Shown piece after piece: positions 27,054-32,000 of a DNA stretch of 32,000 nucleotides. The DNA is from Candidatus Heimdallarchaeota archaeon. GTDB taxonomy: Archaea > Asgardarchaeota > Heimdallarchaeia > Heimdallarchaeales > Kariarchaeaceae. The DNA lies in the NCBI GenBank assembly GCA_030149205.1, contig JASBSB010000007.1, forward strand, positions 120,001 through 152,000, read 5' to 3'. Both the position numbers and the translations under genes were made by a program. Numbering within the stretch: the first letter of the stretch is position 1; every line of letters starts with the position of its first letter. The notes beneath the pieces are model-generated. The model was not told the DNA's origin. It worked only from the letters and a program-made list of their open reading frames with translations, and did not search any database.

Positions 27054-27116
27054 ATCTCATTGAATATATAATTCTTTAAGGATTTGGCTACAAGCTGAAT
27101 AAATTTGCAATTAAAA

Positions 27117-27221
27117 TGCTGAGGGGGGGAATTTCATTATTGATTATAATTTTGAACCCCCGAACCTCTATAGGATAAGGATCTGAACCTTACGCCGTTG
27201 ACCAAGCTGGGCGACCTCAGC
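27117..27221 (-). tRNA. tRNA-Leu(CAG) with 20-nt intron at 59/60 (27131-27150)
   Basis: Acceptor GCTGAGG/CCTCAGC with A73, TAAGG-TTCAGAT-CCTTA, variable arm CCT-ATAG-AGG, T stem GGGGG/CCCCC. BHB core TTCA/TGAA. Confidence 0.9.
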
Positions 27222-27273
27222 AGTAATTTAAGTAGAAATTATAGTTATTTAAAACTCAGTATTGTTATTTAGT

Positions 27274-27825
27274 TTAAACCATAGTGCCCGATTTGTCGTA
27301 TGTAAATATTCCATCCATAAAGGTTTTAGGTGATTTTCTTCGTGATCCACGCAGTCTTGTTAGTTCCTGAATATTTGCACAGGTTTGACCTACATGTTCC
27401 TTATCAATTCCAGAAACAAATAAATTTTCACCATCTAATTTAATCTTTACATCTGGTAATGCCTTTGCAAATTTGGGTTTTCTCCCACCATAAAGGTTCT
27501 CTACTTTTACTGTTGTTCCAGAGGTTGAAACCTTAATTGGAAAGTGAGAAAATACGATTTTCATGCTATATTTATATCCTAATGTAACACCATTGATCAT
27601 GTTGTTGATATGAGCTACCACTGTTCCTAATAGGGCTTTTTCCTTTTTCTTCGGGAACAAAGTTGTCATAGTTAGAATATTATCATTGAATGTAATTTTA
27701 ATTCCTGTGTGTGTAAAGTCTTTTGTAAGACTTCCCAATTCACCTTTAATTGTAACCTCAGATCCTTTTAATGTGCAAGTAACTGCTTCTGGGATCTCTA
27801 TTTCTTTTTGTATTCTACCATACAT
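27274..27825 (-). CDS. rpl6: 50S ribosomal protein uL6
   Basis: HINNMINGVTLGY, FSHFPI, DGIF. ATG 27825 preferred. Confidence 0.96.
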   Translation of the reverse strand: MYGRIQKEIEIPEAVTCTLKGSEVTIKGELGSLTKDFTHTGIKITFNDNILTMTTLFPKKKEKALLGTVVAHINNMINGVTLGYKYSMKIVFSHFPIKVSTSGTTVKVENLYGGRKPKFAKALPDVKIKLDGENLFVSGIDKEHVGQTCANIQELTRLRGSRRKSPKTFMDGIFTYDKSGTMV

Positions 27826-27836
27826 AGCAATCACAC

Positions 27837-28226
27837 TCAGTAAACATAGGCAAGCAGTCTACCACCAACGTGTTGATCAACTGCATCCCTTTGTGTCATC
27901 ACACCATTTGGTGTACTTAACACGAGAATTCCAAAATTCACTGCAGGAAGGTATTGCTTTTCAAATCTGTCAAATTCTGACACTTTTGCAGGTCTTCTAG
28001 GCTTAATTACTGCACATTTGTTGATTCTTCCCAACAACTGCACCTTAAACTGACCACCTTGTGCATCTTCTATCCTTTCAAACTCACCTACATATCCAGA
28101 TTTTTGTAATGTTGCAAGTACATTCTCTAACAGGTTACTAATAGGGCGTAAGTGAACGACCTTTCTTCCAAGTCTATCAAAGGTATTAATTTTATTTAGC
28201 GCATTTGCTAAAGGGTCTAGTAACAT
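27837..28226 (-). CDS. rps8: 30S ribosomal protein uS8
   Basis: DPLANAL, GYVGEFE, LLGRINKC, STPNGVM, GGRLLAYVY. SD GAGGTG. Confidence 0.97.
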   Translation of the reverse strand: MLLDPLANALNKINTFDRLGRKVVHLRPISNLLENVLATLQKSGYVGEFERIEDAQGGQFKVQLLGRINKCAVIKPRRPAKVSEFDRFEKQYLPAVNFGILVLSTPNGVMTQRDAVDQHVGGRLLAYVY

Positions 28227-28230
28227 TGTA

Positions 28231-28404
28231 TCATCCACCTCTTGTTCCTGAAGTTCGGAATCCTAAATCTTCCGCAATTTCTCTAAAACATCTTCGACAT
28301 ATCAGCAAATTTGCACGACGTATAATTCCGTGATGTGTCCCGCATCTTCTACATTTGCGGGTTCCTTCACCTACGGAACGCCCTTTCTTTTCTATTGTTC
28401 TCAT
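28231..28404 (-). CDS. rps14: 30S ribosomal protein uS14 (Zn-binding; missing from the ORF track)
   Basis: Manual translation: MRTIEKKGRSVGEGTRKCRRCGTHHGIIRRANLLICRRCFREIAEDLGFRTSGTRGG. SD GGAGTGA. Confidence 0.95.
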   Translation of the reverse strand: MRTIEKKGRSVGEGTRKCRRCGTHHGIIRRANLLICRRCFREIAEDLGFRTSGTRGG

Positions 28405-28510
28405 AGTATCACTCCTTATTTCAATCAGGTCTAGTAACCTTAAAGCAGGATTAATTGAGATGATATTTCTTTATTTTAAAAGGTAAATATTGGTTACAGA
28501 AATTAATTTA

Positions 28511-28625
28511 CGCCTCCGCCGGGAATTTCACCAGTAAAGCTCAATTACTAAGATTTGAACCCGGGTCGAAAGAGTTCTGCAGAATATGACAGTCTTCCAT
28601 GATAGCCTAACTACACTACAGAGGC
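28511..28625 (-). tRNA. tRNA-Asp(GTC) with two introns: 37/38 (28575-28586) and 59/60 (28525-28553)
   Basis: Acceptor GCCTCTG/CGGAGGC with G73, GAAGA-CTGTCA|C-TCTTT, T stem CCGGG/CCCGG. BHB cores CTGT/GCAG and TTCA/TGAA. Confidence 0.9.
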
Positions 28626-28926
28626 ATTGTTTGTCGTAGATCACACGTAGTAATCATTGACAAGGTGAAATAAAATTGGTATAAAAAAAGATTTTCGATA
28701 GATTTGACATAAATTTGGATAAAATAAGCTTGAGATTAAAAAAAAATCAGTTTTGATTTCATATCTATCAATTTCTACTCAAAACCATAATAGCTTAATG
28801 CATCATATAAATTTTACTTGGGTTTAAGGACATAGACAATGTAGATGCATTAATGTTATTGATTTTCACTCGATTATAAATCGGCATGAGCTTCTAATTT
28901 AAATAAAATTTGTTGAATCAACCGTT

Positions 28927-30117
28927 ATGAGAATTTCAGATAGAGTTGGGACAATGAAGTATGCTATTAGGGATGTCCAAAAAATAGCGAATGATCTTCA
29001 AAAGCAAGGGAAAGAGATTATGTATTTCAATATAGGAGACCCAAATAAATTTGACTTCAATGTACCAGAAGCTATGCAGGATGCATTGAGACATCACACA
29101 AATAAGGGATTTTATTCTCAATCAGAGGGTGATCTCTATGTCAGACAAAAGATTGCCGATTATGAAGACTCCAAATACAGAAATGGTGTTTCTTCTAATG
29201 ACGTAATATTTACTGATGGGGTTAGTGAGGGTATCTTATTTGTCTTCCTCTCGTTTTTGAATCCAGGTGATAAAATTTTGGTTCCTGCTCCTACTTACCC
29301 TGCTTACCAAAGTGCAGGTACAGTTACTCAAGCAGAACTGACCGTCTATAAGTGCATTGAAGAAGAAGGCTGGATTCCTGATGTGGAGGACATTAGAAGC
29401 AAAATCGATAGTAAAACGAAGATTTTAGTACTGATCAACCCTAATAATCCAACTGGTTCGGTGTATCATGAACAAAGACTAAGGAAAATAAGAGACCTTG
29501 CAGGTGAGCATGACCTAGTAATTATTTCTGATGAAATTTACGATCGTATGATATTAGATCAAGAAACGTCTTACAAATCTTTTTCACAGATAACGAAGGA
29601 TGTTCCTGCAATTATATTTAATGGATTTTCTAAAAACTATTTAGCTCCAGGATTTAGAGCAGGGTACATGTACACGCTTGATTTGGAGAATAAGATTTCC
29701 GAACCTTACGAAGGTGTCAAAAAATTATGTAGAATGAGATTATCACCTTCCACGCCTATTTCGTATGCAGCGGTAGACACATTATCAATGAATCCCCCTC
29801 ATCTACCAAATTTAATTGGTAAATTAAAATCAAGGAGAAATTATGTTACTAAACGATTCCAAGATATGGATAATATTTCTACAACTAAACCACAAGCTGC
29901 ATTTTACATATTCCCAAAAATTGAGATGATTAATCTAAATTTCTCTAATGATTTTGAATTGGTCATGGGTTTACTCAAAGAGGAGGGGGTACTATTCGTT
30001 CATGGTTCTGGGTTTGGTGTTCCAGATCATTTCAGAATGGTTTTCCTGTCTCCCGAGAATATTCTAGAAGAGGGATTGAATCGTTTCGAGAGATTTTTGG
30101 AAAGACACAGCTCTTAA
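28927..30117 (+). CDS. class I/II PLP aminotransferase (AlaT-like)
   Basis: FNIGDP, INPNNPTG, SDEIYD, NGFSKNYLAPGFRAG. Confidence 0.92.
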   Translation: MRISDRVGTMKYAIRDVQKIANDLQKQGKEIMYFNIGDPNKFDFNVPEAMQDALRHHTNKGFYSQSEGDLYVRQKIADYEDSKYRNGVSSNDVIFTDGVSEGILFVFLSFLNPGDKILVPAPTYPAYQSAGTVTQAELTVYKCIEEEGWIPDVEDIRSKIDSKTKILVLINPNNPTGSVYHEQRLRKIRDLAGEHDLVIISDEIYDRMILDQETSYKSFSQITKDVPAIIFNGFSKNYLAPGFRAGYMYTLDLENKISEPYEGVKKLCRMRLSPSTPISYAAVDTLSMNPPHLPNLIGKLKSRRNYVTKRFQDMDNISTTKPQAAFYIFPKIEMINLNFSNDFELVMGLLKEEGVLFVHGSGFGVPDHFRMVFLSPENILEEGLNRFERFLERHSS

Positions 30118-32000
30118 TTATCCAAAAAAGTCATCTATAGATTGTTGTCCCATGATATCTTTTTCCCAAGAGATTCCCATAGGATTCAGAATTTGTTCAA
30201 AGGCAGATTGAGCAAGCTTTAGAAGATTTCTACCCAGTCTATCAGTTTTTAAATCGACCAACTGCACAGGTTTAACATTTGCCGTCTTAATGCTTTCTTT
30301 GTCTGTGGGAAATGAGAGTCTTGATGACGTTATTCTCACCTTAACTGGATCTCTGACAGGTACATACTCTATGCTATCTCCGATATCAATACTTTCAGCT
30401 CCTGGATAGTTGTTTTCTAATAATTGAGCAAGTGCCTGTATAGGTTGTGTCCAAGTCTGATAATCTTTTACACGGTTTGTAAATGTAGTTCTAATTACCA
30501 CATCAGGAATTTTAAGGTCATTATCTTCGACTTTTTTGATCAACTCACGAATTGTGTTTTTAATTTTGGATTTAGCTTCATTTAGTTCTGCAATGTTATG
30601 AACCTTGGAAAGGATTTCAAGAGTTTCATCAAAATAATCTCGAATAATATTAGGGGTGTTTCTTTTCTTTCCAACTAATCCTTTTACGACAACTTGTCCA
30701 GATTTTGTGACCCCGAGATAATTCTTTTTACGTTCTGAGAAAATAGCGTAGCGAAAATCATAATCTAATCCAAGTTCCACTCCTAAATTATCTATGCTCC
30801 ATTTTTTGAGTTTCTTTACATCATTATCACTTGGTTCATGTATAAATACAGAATCTGTATCTCCATATAGAACCCTTAGTTTTAGGTGAGTTGTGACAAA
30901 ATTTTGAGTTCTTGTAATTGCATCTCTGGCATAAGCTGTTGTTGATTCTGCAACTGGTAAACAATAAAAATCAAATGCTGGGGAGCCGATAACTCCATAC
31001 CCTGCATTTATTAGAACTTTAAGGGCCTGTTCTGTAACTCGGAACAGATTTCTCTCCTTTTTCCTCGGTTTAAAGTATTTCACTCTAATATCTCTTACAA
31101 ACCCAATCATTAGCGACATGATTCCAATTCGCTTAGTACAAACCCAATGATTCACGTCAGGAACACGGTTGGATTTACATTCTTCATGAATACAATTTAT
31201 GGTTTCATATGAAAGGTTTCGAGTCTTTATTAAAGATGGATATAGTGAGGCAAAGTCAAAGACTTGCACGTTCCACCATACGCCAGGTTGTGGATCAATA
31301 ACTATTGCACCTTGATATCTTTTTCCTTCTATTATGGATTGTGAGTGACCTTCACCTGCTTTTGCTGCGATTTCTTCCTTAAGCGGGACTAGATATTGCC
31401 GTTTTCTGTGTTCCCAAATCAGCCAAAATTTAATCCAAGTTGAAACTGTTAACCGAGTAAAGTCTGAAAAAGGTGATTTGGTAATTCTCATAAGTGTAAA
31501 TATCAGATTTAAAACTAGGTTGTTGTTATATGTTGTAAGCCGTAGGGTTAAGTCAACATCCTTTAGGTTATATTTCATTAGAGTTTGACCATTCATCTCA
31601 TTAATCCATACTTCCTCATGCTCAACTTTGTGTTCATTTAGAAGACCTCTTGAAACTTCATCAAGGGAGGCGGATTCATAGGCCCCACTAAATGCATAAA
31701 TCCTTATTGCTGCCTGTCTAAAGAAGATATGTAAATCCAAATGTAGGCTCGATTTAAACCCAGTTTCATTTCTTCTAATATTGATTGGGATCTCCTTGTT
31801 TGTCATCTCAAGTGCTAGGGCTCTATTATACAAATATGGATTATCAAAATTATCCCCGTTAAATGATATTAAAAGTGGATAAAGCTCTATAATTTCGAAA
31901 AAGCTTTCCAATAAGGCCCTTTCAGAGTCAAATCTATAAATTTCTACTGTTTTTGAGTTTATGTTATCCTTTGTCTCATCCCTATTTAATATCCAGAACA
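30118..32000 (-). CDS. polB: family B DNA polymerase (PolB1-like), 5' end outside window
   Basis: Exo II FNGDNFD, DFASLYPS, KVLINAGYG, YGDTDS, KKNY. Frame is open from 31911 to the window edge. Confidence 0.95.
   Translation of the reverse strand, partial: FWILNRDETKDNINSKTVEIYRFDSERALLESFFEIIELYPLLISFNGDNFDNPYLYNRALALEMTNKEIPINIRRNETGFKSSLHLDLHIFFRQAAIRIYAFSGAYESASLDEVSRGLLNEHKVEHEEVWINEMNGQTLMKYNLKDVDLTLRLTTYNNNLVLNLIFTLMRITKSPFSDFTRLTVSTWIKFWLIWEHRKRQYLVPLKEEIAAKAGEGHSQSIIEGKRYQGAIVIDPQPGVWWNVQVFDFASLYPSLIKTRNLSYETINCIHEECKSNRVPDVNHWVCTKRIGIMSLMIGFVRDIRVKYFKPRKKERNLFRVTEQALKVLINAGYGVIGSPAFDFYCLPVAESTTAYARDAITRTQNFVTTHLKLRVLYGDTDSVFIHEPSDNDVKKLKKWSIDNLGVELGLDYDFRYAIFSERKKNYLGVTKSGQVVVKGLVGKKRNTPNIIRDYFDETLEILSKVHNIAELNEAKSKIKNTIRELIKKVEDNDLKIPDVVIRTTFTNRVKDYQTWTQPIQALAQLLENNYPGAESIDIGDSIEYVPVRDPVKVRITSSRLSFPTDKESIKTANVKPVQLVDLKTDRLGRNLLKLAQSAFEQILNPMGISWEKDIMGQQSIDDFFG

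Noticed and set aside
28231-28245. uS14 ends in RGG, resembling a ubiquitin-like C-terminus
   Set aside because: Explained by the overlapping GAGGTG Shine-Dalgarno of rps8. There is no ubiquitin fold.
30115-30120. Abutting convergent stop codons of the aminotransferase and polB
   Set aside because: Ordinary compact-genome tail-to-tail packing.

Overview
AT-rich archaeal chromosomal window with no CRISPR array, transposase or integrase. Gene content suggests an Asgard archaeon, possibly Heimdallarchaeia (inference, no search run): archaeal uS13-uS4-uS11 and uS14-uS8-uL6, Csl4, FAU-1, DUF2095, a PolB1-type polymerase, a gelsolin-like protein and a eukaryote-like OTC. It also encodes molybdopterin (moaA/C/D/E), pterin/folate (two PTPS paralogues, folP, glyA), N-glycosylation (GPT/AglH, DUF354) and MoxR-vWA genes. 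The most striking signal is absent from the ORF track: seven dispersed tRNA genes, all intron-containing. Five (Leu-CAA, Met-CAT, Asn-GTT, Leu-CAG, Asp-GTC) carry an 18-29 nt intron in the T-loop at non-canonical position 59/60. Each has a perfect 4-bp bulge-helix-bulge core and the same YGAAAT 3' end. Three of them also have a canonical 37/38 intron. All calls come from manual motif reading and folding.
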